Shown here in pieces: positions 35,141-46,664 of a stretch of DNA of 64,000 nucleotides. This stretch comes from Mustelus asterias (Eukaryota), in contig NW_027591321.1 of NCBI RefSeq assembly GCF_964213995.1, positions 1 through 64,000 of the forward strand, given 5' to 3'. The position numbers were made by a program, and so were the translations under genes. How positions within the stretch are numbered: position 1 is the stretch's first letter; every line of letters starts with the position of its first letter. The notes below the pieces were generated by a model that ran no database searches, was not told the DNA's origin, and saw only the letters and a list, made by a program, of their open reading frames with translations.

Positions 35141-35633
35141 ATGGCCGCCTGTGGGGTCAACGCCGCTCGCTGGCTCTGGATATTGCTGCTGTCCGTCTCT
35201 GCGCTGCTGGGGCTGATCTTTAGCCAACTCAGTGACTCCCTCACCCTGCTCCTCGACTCCTTCCACTGCCTCCCGGTGCTCTTCGAGCTGGCGATGCCCC
35301 CCTTGGCCGACTGGCTGGCCCGCCGCCCCGCCCCCAGCTCGCACACCTTCGCCTGGGAGCGGCTGGCACCGGTGGGGGTGCTGGTAGCGGACGTGCTGTC
35401 GCTCTCGCTCTGCTGTTCGGTTAGCGTGGCCGCAATGGCGCGTCTGCTGGCTCCCCACCCCTTCCACCGGCCCGTCTTGCCCATCGCCGCCGGAACGGCT
35501 GGGATCTTCCTCAACCTGGGCGTCCACTTGTGGCTTCGCTCCGTGGGGAATGGCCGGAACTCCAGCCCGAGGCCAGATTCCGGACAGGATCAGCCGGACA
35601 CCAGCGCAGAAAATCCACAACCCAAGGACAAAG
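35141..35633 (+). CDS. SLC30A1/ZnT1-like CDF family protein, exon 1 (TM1-4), divergent
   Basis: Collinear with ZnT1 N-terminus (DSFH, TFAW.R, PH...P, G..G...N); good Kozak gtcATGG; G|GTAAGC donor, phase 1. Confidence 0.85.
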
Positions 35634-37115
35634 GTAAGCGGTGTAGACATCTCTGCGATTAGTTACTGAGTAACTCTGTCCAACTGCAAAGTGACGCCTT
35701 TAACCCCAAATCCCTTATCAAGCTGTCAGAAATCCACCCCGGGAGAGAACTCAAGCTTATTTATCTCAGAATCATCGAATCTCGACAGTGCAGAAGGAGG
35801 CCATTCAGCCCATCGAGTCTTGCACCAACCACAATCCCACCCCAGGCCCTATCCCCCTAACCTCACATATTTACCCTGCGAATCCCCCTGACACTATGGG
35901 GCAATTTAGCACGGCCAATCCACCTAACCTGCACGGTGGCACAGTGGTTAGCACTGCTGCCTCACAGCGCCAGGGACCCGGGTTCAATTCCCGACTTGGG
36001 TCACTGTCTGTGTGGAGTCTGCACGTTCTCCCTGACTCAAGAACAGCTTCTTCCCTGCTGCTGTCAGACTTTTGAATGGACCTACCTCGCACTAAGCTGA
36101 TCTTTCTCTACACCCTAGCTATGACTGTAAAGCTACATTCTGCCTTTCCTTCTCTATGAACGGTATGCTTTGTATGTACAGCGCGCAAGAAACAATACTT
36201 TTCATTGTAATACATGTGACAATAATAACTCAAATCAAAACAAATGTTTCTATGAGTAAATAGGGAGAAAGCGGTTCTGATGGGAGAAGGGCCGATAACG
36301 AGAGGGTCCCACATTTCTTTAAAAGTGGCAAAAGTATCAGGGCGGGACATGAAGAGAATTTGATTTTCTCTGAGTGAGCTGTTGTGATCTGGAAGGCACT
36401 GCCTGAAAGGGTGGTGGAAACAGATTCAATAATATCTTTCAGAAAGAAATTGGGGACGGCACGGCGGCACAGTGGTTAGCACTGCTGCCTCATAGCGCCA
36501 GGGTCCCGGGTTCGATTCCCGGCTTGGGTCACTGTCTGTGTGGAGTCTGCACATTCTCCCCGTGTCTGTGTGGGTTTCCTCCGGTTTCCTCCGAAAGACG
36601 CGCTGGTTAGGGTGCATTGACCCAAACAGGCGCCGGAGTGTGGCGACTAGGGGAATTTCACAGTAACTTCATTGCGGTGTTAATGTAAGCCTTACTTGTG
36701 ACACTAATAAATAAACTTTTTAAAACCTTTAAATTGGATAAATTCTTGAAAGAGAAAATATGCACGGCTATGGGGAAAGAGTGGGACTAATTGGATAGCC
36801 CCCTCAAAGAGCTGGTACAGGCATGTTGGGCTGAATGGTCTCTTACAGTGCTTGCTCATTCGGTGACTGGCGTGCTGTGGATTGACAACCAGTTGTCCAG
36901 AGGCATACCACAAGGGCGGCACGGTGGCACGGTGGCACGGTGGTTAGCACTGCTGCCTCACAGCGCTAGGGACCCGGGTTCAATTCTGGTCTCGGGTGAC
37001 TGTCTGTGCGGAGTCTGCACGTTCTCCCCGTATCTGCGTGGGTTTCCTCCCACAGTCCGAAGATGTGCAAGTTGGGTTGATTGGCCATGCGATAGCCCCC
37101 TCAAAGAGCTGGTCC

Positions 37116-37495
37116 AATTGCCCCTTAGTATCCAAAGATGTGCAGGTTAGGTGGATTGGCCGTGCTAAATTGCCCCTTAGTGTCCAAAGATGTGCAGGTT
37201 AGGTGGATTGGCCATGCTAAATTGCCCCTTAGTGTCCAAAGATGTGCAGGTTAGGTGGATTGGCCATGCTAAATTGCCCCTTAGTGTCCAAAGATGTGCA
37301 GGTTAGGTGGATTGGCCGTGCTAAATTGCCCCTTAGTGTCCAAAGATGTGCAGGTTAGGTGGATTGGCCATGCTAAATTGCCCCTTAGTGTCCAAAGATG
37401 TGCAGGTTAGGTGGATTGGCCGTGCTAAATTGCCCCTTAGTGTCCAAAGATGTGCAGGTTAGGTGGATTGGCCATGCTAAATTGCCCCTTAGTGT
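37116..37495 (+). repeat. 7 tandem copies of a 52-bp internal HE1 SINE segment
   Basis: TCCAAAGATG recurs every 52 nt from 37131 to 37443. Confidence 0.93.
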
Positions 37496-37614
37496 CAGGG
37501 GTAAATATGTGGGGTTACGGGAATAGGGCCTGGGTGGGATTGTGGTCGGTGCAGACTCGATGGGCCGAATTGCCTCCTTCTGCACTGTAGGGGTTCATTG
37601 CTGTGTCCCTTATT

Positions 37615-38825
37615 GTTTGTTAACATAAGTGATATAGATGTTAATATAGGGGGATGACACCAAGATTGGTAGGAAGGTGAATGGTTGAAAAGGTTGTAAG
37701 TTACAGGGAGATGTAGCTGGGTTGGTCAGATGGTCAGAGCAGTGGCAGATGGTATTTAACCCTGATAAGTGCGAGGTGACGCACTTTGGAAGAAGTAACA
37801 AGACAAGGGAGTATCTAATGAATGGCAGGACACTGGGAAGCTCAAAGGAAAAGATGGATCTAAGATAAAGTTTATTTATTGTCACAAGTAAGGCTTACAT
37901 TAACACTGCAATGAAGTTACTGTGAAATTCCCCTGGTCACCCACACTCTGGTGCCTGTTTGGATAAATGCATCTAACCAGCACGTCTTTCAGAGGAAACC
38001 GGAGCACCCGGAGGAAACCCACGCAGACATGGGGAGAATGTGCAGACTCCACACAGACAGTGACCCAAGCCGGGAATTGAACCCGGGACCCTGGCGCTGT
38101 GAAGAAGCAGTGCTAACCACCGTGCTATCGTGCCTAATTATTCACAGAGTCCTGAAGTTGGAAGATCGGGTTAATAGGATAGTTAAGAAGGCATGAGGAA
38201 CACTTGCTTTTCTCAGTCGTGGCAAAGAGTATAAGAGTAAGGAGTTAATGTTGGAGCTGTGCAGGGTGTTGATTAGACCACAGCTGGAGTACAGTGTGCA
38301 GTTCTGGTCACCTCACTACAGGAAGGATGTGATTGCACGAGAGGAGGCACAGAGGAGATTCACCAGGATGTTGCCTGGGACGGAGCGTTTGAGCTATAAG
38401 GAGAGGCTGGATAGGCTGGGATTGTTTTCTCTGGAGCAGAGAAGGCTGAGGGGGGAACATGATTGAGGTGTATAAGATTATGAGGGATAGGGACAGGGTG
38501 TGTAGGGAGCGGCTGTTCCCCATGGTTGAGGGGGCAATCACGAGGGGGCAGAGTTTTAGGGAAAGGGGCAGGAGATTCAGAGGGGAATTTGAGAAAACAT
38601 TTTTTCACTCAGAGAGAGGTGGGAATCGGGAATGCGCTGCCTGGGAAGGTAGTGGAGGCTGAAAACCTCACAACCTTTAAACAGTATTTGGATGAGCACT
38701 TGGAACATCCTAACATTCGCGGATATGGGACAAGTGCAGGAAAATGGGACTGGCTCACATATAGTGGTAGTTATTATCGGTGATGGGCTGAACGGCCTCT
38801 GTCTGCACTGTAGGGATTCTATGAT
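37615..38825 (+). mobile_element. CR1 LINE fragment (RT end to 3' tail) with nested SINE 37865-38132
   Basis: DDTKIG, WQM.FN.DKCEV.HFG, RPQLEYSVQFWSP motifs. Confidence 0.88.
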
Positions 38826-40772
38826 TCAATGACACCATGGGGTGGCACAGTGGTTAGCACTGTTGCCTCGCAGTGCCAGGGACCCGGGTTCGATTCTGGC
38901 CTCGGGTCACTGTCTGTGCGGAGTCTGCACATTCTCCCCGTGTCTGCGTGGGTTTCCTCCGGGTTTTCCCCCCACAGTCCAAAGATGTGCGGGTTAGGTG
39001 GATTGTCCGTGCTAAATTGTCCCTGAGGGTCAGGGGGATTAACAGGGCAAATACTTGGGGTTATGGGGATAAGGTAGGGATGCTCTGCCGGAGAGTCTGT
39101 GTAGACACAATGGGCCGAATGGCCTCCCTCTGTACTGTAGGGATTCTATGATTCTACTCTGAGTTTCTCATTTTGTTTTAAATTGCACCACTGTCTGTGG
39201 ACACTAGATGGCAGACTTTACTGCAAATTCCACACAAGCTGTAACTTTGATTTGATTTATTATTGTCACATGTGTTAACATACAGTGAAGAATGTTGTTT
39301 CTTGCGTACTATACAGACAAAGCATACTGTTCATAGAGAAGGAAAGGAGAGAGTGCAGAATGTAGTGTTACAGTCATAGCTAGGGTGTAGAGAAAGATCA
39401 ACTTAATGCAAGGTAGGTCCATTCAAATGTCTGACAGCAGCAGGGAAGAAGCTGTTCTTGAGTCGGTCGGTACGTGACCTCAGACTTTTGTATCTTTTTC
39501 CCGACGGAAGAAGGTGGAAGAGAGAATGTCCCGGGGTGCGTGGGGTCCTTGATTATGCTGGCTGCTTTGCCGAGGCAGCGGGAAGTGTAGACAGAGTCAA
39601 TGGATGGGAGGCTGGTTTGCGTGATGGATTGGGCTACATTCACAACCTTTTGTAGTTTCTTGCGGAGCCTTACCAAGCTGTGATACGTCCAGAAAGGATG
39701 GTCTCTGAGGGTGGCACAGTGGTTAGCACTGCTGCCTCACAGCGCCAGGGACCCGGGTTCGATTCCCGGCCTTGGGTCACTGTCTGTGTGGAGTCTGCAC
39801 GTTCTCCCCGTGTCTGCGTGGGTTTCCTCTGGGTGCTCCAGTTTCCTCCCACAGTCTGAAAGACGTGCTGGTTAGGGTGCATTGGCCGTGCTAAATTCTC
39901 CCTCAGTGTACCCGAACAGGCGCCGGAGTGTGGCGACTAGGGGATTTTCACAGTAACTTCATTGCGGTGTTAATGTAAGCCTAGTTGTGACTAATAAATA
40001 ACTTTAACTTTACTTTTCCGGGGACCGTATCCCTCTATTCCCATCCTATTCATGTACTTGTCCAGACGCCCCTCAAAATTCACTATCGTATCTGCTTCCA
40101 CTACCTCCCCCAGCGAGTTCCAGGCACCCACCACCCTCTGTGTAAAAAACCTGCCTCGTCCATCTCCTTTGAACCTTGCCCCTCGCACCTTAAACCTGTG
40201 CCCCCCCTAGTAATTGACTCTTTCCACCCTGGGAAAAAGCTTCTGACTATCCACTTCATGAAGAGTCACAGCCTCGACTTTCTCAGGAGGCTAGGGAAAT
40301 TCAGCACGTCCGTTACGCCTCTCACCAACTAACTGTTCGGGTCAATGCACCCTAACCAGCACGTCTTTCAGACTGTGGGAGGAAACCGGAGCACCCGGAG
40401 GAAACCCACGCAGACACGGGGAGAACGTGCAGACTCCACACAGACAGTGACCCAAGGCCGGGAATCGAACCTGGGTCCCTGGCACTGTGAGGCAGCAGTG
40501 CTAACCCACTGTGCCACCCTATGGCAAGGGTTTTAGTTCAAGTTGGGCAGCATGGTCGGTGCAGGCTTGGAGGGCCGAAGGGCCTGTTCCTGTACTGTAA
40601 TTTTCTTTGCGCTTTGTTCTCTCTCTCTCTCTCTCTCTCTGTGCCCTATTCATTTACAGGATACAGGCCCTTTGCCTTAGTGTAGCGCCTACAATCCACT
40701 GCAGTTTAACATTCAGACAGAATAACGAAACGTCTACAATGTGTTTTAATGGCCACCGTTTGCTTCTATTAG

Positions 40773-41416
40773 ATGTCACTGGATGCAGGAGAGAAGCAGA
40801 AGCGATCAGAGGCACGGCAGACCGGGGCGCCCACGGCAAGAGGGCGGCGGTAACCAGCGGGTGGGAGATCCTCGTCTGCCTCACCGGCGTGGCTCAGTCG
40901 GTGTTGAATTCGGTGCTGGCCCTTGTCGTTGGTCTACTCCACAGCCTCCCAGTGCCAACAACCGGCAGCTGGCACAGAGACAGCCTCCCCTACCTGGACC
41001 CCGGGTTCTCGCTGCTCACCGCCGTGGTGCTGGTAACCGCAGTGGCCCCTCGGCTGAAGGTGTCGGTTCTGCTGCTGTTGGAGTGCGTTCCGGCGCAGCT
41101 AGACTTGCGGCGTTTGAGCGACCGGCTGACGGCAGTGAGCGGCGTGGTGGCGGTGCACGAACTCCACGTCTGGCGCCTCTCGGCTCGCCGGGTCGTGGCC
41201 AGTGCCCACGTGCAGTGCCGCAGCCTGGCCGGCTTTGCCCGTCTAGCTGGGGATCTGCGGCGGGTATTCGACAGCGAGGGGATTCACTCGGTCACCCTCC
41301 AACCCGAGGTCATCAACCCCGCTGTCGCCGGGGGCAACCCCACAACCTCCTGCCAGCTCGCCTGTGGCCCCGACTGCGCCACGAAACTGTGCTGCGATTG
41401 GCCGGAGGGAGCGTAG
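40773..41416 (+). CDS. SLC30A1/ZnT1-like protein, exon 2 (TM5-6 + cytosolic domain); spliced protein 378 aa
   Basis: YLDP, VHELHVW.L...VASAHV, GIHSVTLQPE and C.LAC...C..K.CC are ZnT1/ZnT10 hallmarks; ctattag acceptor in phase 1; TAG at 41414-41416. Confidence 0.9.
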
Positions 41417-41464
41417 GAGGCGGCTGGAAAATGGACAACAAATCAACTGTGAAATATCACCAAA

Positions 41465-41837
41465 NNNNNNNNNNNNNNNNNNNNNNNNNNNNNNNNNNNN
41501 NNNNNNNNNNNNNNNNNNNNNNNNNNNNNNNNNNNNNNNNNNNNNNNNNNNNNNNNNNNNNNNNNNNNNNNNNNNNNNNNNNNNNNNNNNNNNNNNNNNN
41601 NNNNNNNNNNNNNNNNNNNNNNNNNNNNNNNNNNNNNNNNNNNNNNNNNNNNNNNNNNNNNNNNNNNNNNNNNNNNNNNNNNNNNNNNNNNNNNNNNNNN
41701 NNNNNNNNNNNNNNNNNNNNNNNNNNNNNNNNNNNNNNNNNNNNNNNNNNNNNNNNNNNNNNNNNNNNNNNNNNNNNNNNNNNNNNNNNNNNNNNNNNNN
41801 NNNNNNNNNNNNNNNNNNNNNNNNNNNNNNNNNNNNN
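41465..41837. other. Assembly gap (373 N) in the SLC30-like 3' region
   Basis: Run of N. Confidence 1.
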
Positions 41838-42390
41838 AGTGTGTGTGTGTAAGAGACTGTGTGTGTAAGTGTGTGCAAGAGTGTGTGTGTAAGAGAGTGT
41901 GTGTGTAAGTGTGTGTGAGCGAGTGTGCAAGAGTGTGTGTGTGTAAGAGTGTGTGTGTAAGTGTGTGAGTGAGTGTGCAAGAGTGTGAGTGAGAGTGTGT
42001 GTGTGAGAGTGAGTGTGTGAGTGTGTGTGAGTGAGTGTGCAAGAGTGTGTGTGAGAGTGTGTGTGTGAGAGTGTGTGTGTAAGAGTGTGTGAGTATGAGT
42101 GTGACAGTATGTGTGAGTGTGAGAGTGTGTGTGAGAGTGTGTGTGTGTAAGAATGTGTAAGAGTGTGTGGGTATGAGTGTGGCAGTATGTATGAGTGTGT
42201 GTGCATGTGTATGTGTGTGTGTGAGTGAGTGTGCAAGAGTGTGTGTGTGTGTAAGAGAGTGTGTGTGTGTGAGTGTGTGTGAGAGTGTGTGTGAGAGTGT
42301 GTGTGTAAGAGTGTGTGTGTGTATGTGAGAGTGAGTGTGAGTGTGTAAGAGAGTGTGAGTGTGTGTGTGTATGTGAGAGTGTGTGTGAGT
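41838..42390. repeat. Imperfect (GT/GA)n microsatellite
   Basis: Direct reading. Confidence 0.95.
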
Positions 42391-43089
42391 ACCCTGGTGT
42401 ATTCTCTATGGCAACGTCTCGACTAACCAGAGTCAAATTCCCAACCAATCATAAAAAAATCAATTTAGATAAACGGACGGTGCTGGAGCGATCTCTGGCA
42501 TCCGCAGTGATTTTCTCTTGTAATTACACAGTATCAATTGTTACTCCCTTTGCAATTTGGTATTTTTGTATCTGTCCTTCAACAACATGTCTCTTTTTCC
42601 AGAAATTCTCAAACTCTGTACCAGCAAGCAACTGTTAATAAACACTTGATTGATTGCAATGAATATGAATCACAGAATCCCTACAGTGCAGAAGGAGGCC
42701 ATTCGGCCCATCGAGTCTGCACCAACTCTACAATAGAGCATCTTACCCAAACCCTAACCCTATTTATCCCATTAATCCCCCCATCTTTGGACACTAAGGG
42801 GCAATTTAGCACGCCCAATCCACCTAACCCGCACATCTTTGGAGTGTGGGAGAAAACTGGAGCGCCCGGAAGGTAACCCACGCAGACACGGGGAGAATGT
42901 GCAAACTCCGCACAGACAGTGCCGGGATTCAAACCGCGTCCCTGGCGCTGTGAGGCAGCATTGCTAACCACTGTGCCACCCCTAACTCATGAATCCATGA
43001 TTTGATTGATTTTGCGTTTTTTGGCAGCCGGTGTCATTTGGAGACGCTCCCTCGCTGTTAACAGGGAGGCCAATTTTGAGACGGTCCCT

Positions 43090-43264
43090 GGGTGGGGCGG
43101 GGAGAGGCGGGGCCTCCCGGGGAGGGGGCGGGGGCCTCCGCTGTGATGGACACGCGCGGCGGCCAATCAGAGGGCGGGGAAGGCGGGACATCCGGTCAGC
43201 GGCAGGCGCGGCCTAGCGGGCGGGGAGAAGCCTGAGGCTCGAGTGAGTGAGGGAGCCGAGGAGG
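43090..43264 (+). promoter_or_regulatory. MRPL28: MRPL28 CpG-island promoter and probable non-coding exon 1
   Basis: Several GGGCGG boxes, GGCCAATCAG at 43161-43170, donor GAGG|GTAAGG at 43264/43265; the first coding exon has an acceptor 13 nt before its ATG, so an upstream exon is needed. Confidence 0.75.
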
Positions 43265-43514
43265 GTAAGGACGCCTCCTCTGCCGCTGGTGGGGGCCTCT
43301 GGGGCCGGGAAACCGGCCTCTCCTGAGCTGGCTGCCCTCAGGGAGGGAAGGGAGGGGAGTTGTGGTCCTCAGGACCCTGGGGGTGGGAGTGGGGGATGTC
43401 AGTGACCCCCATTCCTCCCCCTTTGCTGGAATTGTCAGCCAAGGATTTGGGGGGTTGGGGGGGGGAATTGGGGGGTGAAAACAAAATATGTGATGCCTAC
43501 TGTAGCCGAATAGC

Positions 43515-44720
43515 CCCCACGATACAAAGCTATGTAGAGGGACAGGGGAGGAAGCGGGGGGGCTGCAGAAGGACTTGGGCAGGCTAGGAGAGTGGGCAAA
43601 GAAGTGACAGATGGAACACAATGCGGGAAAAGTGTGAGGTTATGAACTTTGGAAGAAGGAGTGGAGGCAGAGACTATTTTCCAAATGGGGAAATGCTTCG
43701 GAAATCGGAAGCACAAAGGGACTTGGGCGTCCTGGTTCAAGATCCTCTCAAGGTTAACGAGCAGGTTCAGTCGGCAGTTAGGAAGACAAATGCAATGTTA
43801 GCGTTCATGCCGAGAGGGCCAGAATACAAGATGTGGAGATGCCGGCGTTGGATTGGGGTAAACACAGTAAGAAGTCTCACAACCACCACATTAAAGTCCC
43901 AACAGGTTTATTTGGTAGCAAATGCCACTAGCTTTCGGAGCGCTGCCCCTTCGTCAGGTGGAGTGGAGATCTGCTCTCAAACAGGGCATAGGTGTCTTTC
44001 TGTGTGCACTGTGAGGTGAGCAGATCTCCACTCCACCTGATGAAGGGACAGCCTGTTCCAAAAGCTAGTAGCGTTTGCTACCAAATAAACCTGTTGGACT
44101 TTAACCTGGTGTTGTTAAACTTCTTACTAGAATACAAGAGCAGGGATGTACTTCTGAGGCTGTATAAGGCTCTGGGTCAGACCCCATTTGGAGTATTGTG
44201 AGCAGTTTTGGGCCCCATATCTAAGGAAGGATGTGCCGGCCTTGGAAAGGGTCCAGAGGAGGTTCACCAGGATGATCCCTGGAATGAAGAGCTTGTCGTT
44301 TATGAGGAACGGTTGAGGACTCGGTCTGTACTTGTTGGAGTTTAGAAGGGAGGGGGGGGATCTTATTGAAACTTGGAGGATATGGCGAGGCCTGGATAGA
44401 GTGGACGTGGAGAGGATGTTTCCACGAGTAGGAAAAACTAGAACCAGAGGGCACAACCTCAGGCTAAAGGGACGATCCTTTAAAACAGAATGAGGAGGAA
44501 TTTCTTCAGCCAGAGAGTGGTGAATCTGTGGAACTCTTTGCCACAGAAGGCTGTGGAGGCCAGGTCATTGAGTGTCTTTAAGACAGAGATAGATAGGTTC
44601 TTGATTAATAAGGGGATCAGGGGTTGTGGGGAAAAGGCAGGAGAATGGGGATGAGAAAAATATCAGCCATGATTGAATGGCGGAGCAGACTCGATGGGCC
44701 GAATGGCCTAATTCTGCTCC
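43515..44720 (+). mobile_element. CR1 LINE fragment in MRPL28 intron 1 with nested Penelope-like insert
   Basis: KCEVMNFGR...QRDLGVLV..., LE.VQRRFTRMIPG, CTTATG tail. Confidence 0.88.
43832..44128. mobile_element. Penelope-like palindromic insert, family A, inside a CR1
   Basis: Inverted arms; 11-bp TSD AGAATACAAGA (43821-43831, 44129-44139); hammerhead motif on the minus strand at about 43925-43961. Confidence 0.8.
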
Positions 44721-45404
44721 TATGTCTTATGGTCTTATGATGCCTCCCCATGTGCAAGTGCCCCTGACACCGAACCCAAAATAGTGGAGGCGAGAGGGAG
44801 AATCATAGAATCCTACAGTGCAGGAGGAGGCCATTCGGCCCATCGAGTCTGCACCGACCACAATCCCACCCAGGCCCTATCCCTATAACCCCATACATTT
44901 ACCCTGCTAGTCCCCCTGACACAATTTAGCAAGGCCAATCCACCTAACCTGCACAATTTTCGGACTGTGGGAGGAAACACGGGGGGAATGTGCAGATTCC
45001 ACACAGACAGTGACCCAAATTGGGAATCGAACCCGGGTCCCTGGCGCCGTGAGGCAGTAGTGCTAATCACTGTGCCCCCATGCCAATGTTGAAGGCAGGG
45101 TCGTAGGGTTTCCAGATCTGCCCCACTGGTTGCCTGCACTTTGAATGCAGGTACAGGAGGAGGCCATTCAGCCCCTCAATCCTGGCTCTGCCATTCCCTT
45201 GCATCAAGGCTGAATTGTGAAGAGGGGGGAAGGAATCGGTTCGCATAGGGACGGAGGGGAGATGGGGGCGCGGTCTATGGAAGTCTCCATGGATTCCTAC
45301 ATGGAAGGAGGCTGTTGGCCCTTTGTGCCTGTGCTAGCTCTTTGAAAGATCTACCCAACTAGTTGCCCCCCCCCACCGAAAGCTGGCAGCCCAGATGTGG
45401 AAAG

Positions 45405-45965
45405 AAAGAATGTGCATTTATATAGCGTCCTTCAAGATGTCCCAAAACATTTAATAGCCGACGAAGCACTTTTACGAAGTTTAATGTAAGAAACCTGACA
45501 GGCAGATTTGGCACAGCAAGATCCCATAAACAGCAATCGAATGGATGGGTTAGATAATTAGATGCAGAGTATTGGTTTTAGGACAAATATTGGCCAAGAG
45601 AGTGTTGGGGGCCTGGAACGCGCTGCCAAGTGAGGTGGTTGAGGTAGACACATTAGCGACATTTAAGACTTATCTGGATACACATGAACAGATGGGGAAT
45701 TGAGGAATACGGGCGTTTGGTCGAGATAGGACAACATGATTGGCACAAGCTTGGCGGGCCGAAGGGCCTGTTCCTGTGCTGTACTGTTCTTTGACACTGG
45801 GGAGAACGCCCCTGCTCTGTGGGAGGGCAACCCAGGTCTCCATTTTAACCCCTCGTTTGGGATGGGATAGCATTTTGCTAATGCCGTTGCGACTCGGAAT
45901 TTCAGAGGCCCAGACTGATGCATCTCTGACTGTGCAGCACTCCCTCAGGACTGCACTGGGAGTGA
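45405..45965 (-). mobile_element. DeuSINE-like (SacSINE1/AmnSINE1-type) ancient SINE split by a CR1 fragment
   Basis: GCACAGCAAGATCCCA.AAACAGCAAT and GTGCAGCACTCCCTCAG.ACTGCACTGG blocks; other fragments at about 16740-16820, 25455-25510, 52695-52890. Confidence 0.55.
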
Positions 45966-46376
45966 CAGATACAAGAGGGTCCAGAGGGGCAATTTTTTCA
46001 CACAGAGGGTGGTGAGTGTCTGGAACGAGCTGTCAGAGGTAGTAGGAGAGGCGGGTACAATTTTGTCTTTTAAAACGTGTTTAGACAGTTACATGGGTAA
46101 GATGGGTATAGAGGGATATGGGCCAAATGCGGGCAATTGGGACTAGCTTAGGGGTTTTTAAAAAAAAGGGGCGGCATGGACAAGTTGGGCCGAAGGGCCT
46201 GTTTCCACGCTATGACTATGTCTATGTTTGAGTTCCTGGAACAGGATTCGAACCCACTACCTCTTGGCTGCATGGATTCAGCACTAGCAGTGGGATAGGC
46301 AGGAGTTGAGTCTGTGTTATTGTACCCTTCCTCTGAACTGGCCTTGTTCTGCCTCCTCCCCAGGTCTCGGTGAAGG

Positions 46377-46664
46377 ATGCCCCTCCACAAGTACCCGCCG
46401 CGGATCTGGCAAGCCCTGCGACTGAGGCAGGGAATCTACGCTCGCTTACCAGCTCACTACCTCCGCTCCCTCGGAGAGACCCAGGAGCCAGCCCCCGTCC
46501 ACTTCAAACCCCACGGGGTTAAGTACAAACGGAACCCGCGCACAGGGCAACCGGAACGCGTGCAGGACGTGCCCATTCCCATCTACTACCCGCCGGAGTC
46601 GCAGAGCGGGCTGTGGGGCGGGGAGGGTTACGTACAAGGATTCAGATACGCCAACAATGACAAG
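46377..46664 (+). CDS. MRPL28: MRPL28 (mitochondrial ribosomal protein bL28m) first coding exon
   Basis: MPLHKYPP..., [24 protein letters not shown]; acceptor AG ends 46363; donor AAG|GTAACG; 288 nt. Confidence 0.97.

Noticed and set aside
40607-40772. ORF extension upstream of SLC30-like exon 2
   Set aside because: Intronic (CR1 tail and CT repeat); the phase-matched acceptor AG ends at 40772
41243-42448. His/Thr-rich long ORFs
   Set aside because: Microsatellite plus N gap read-through
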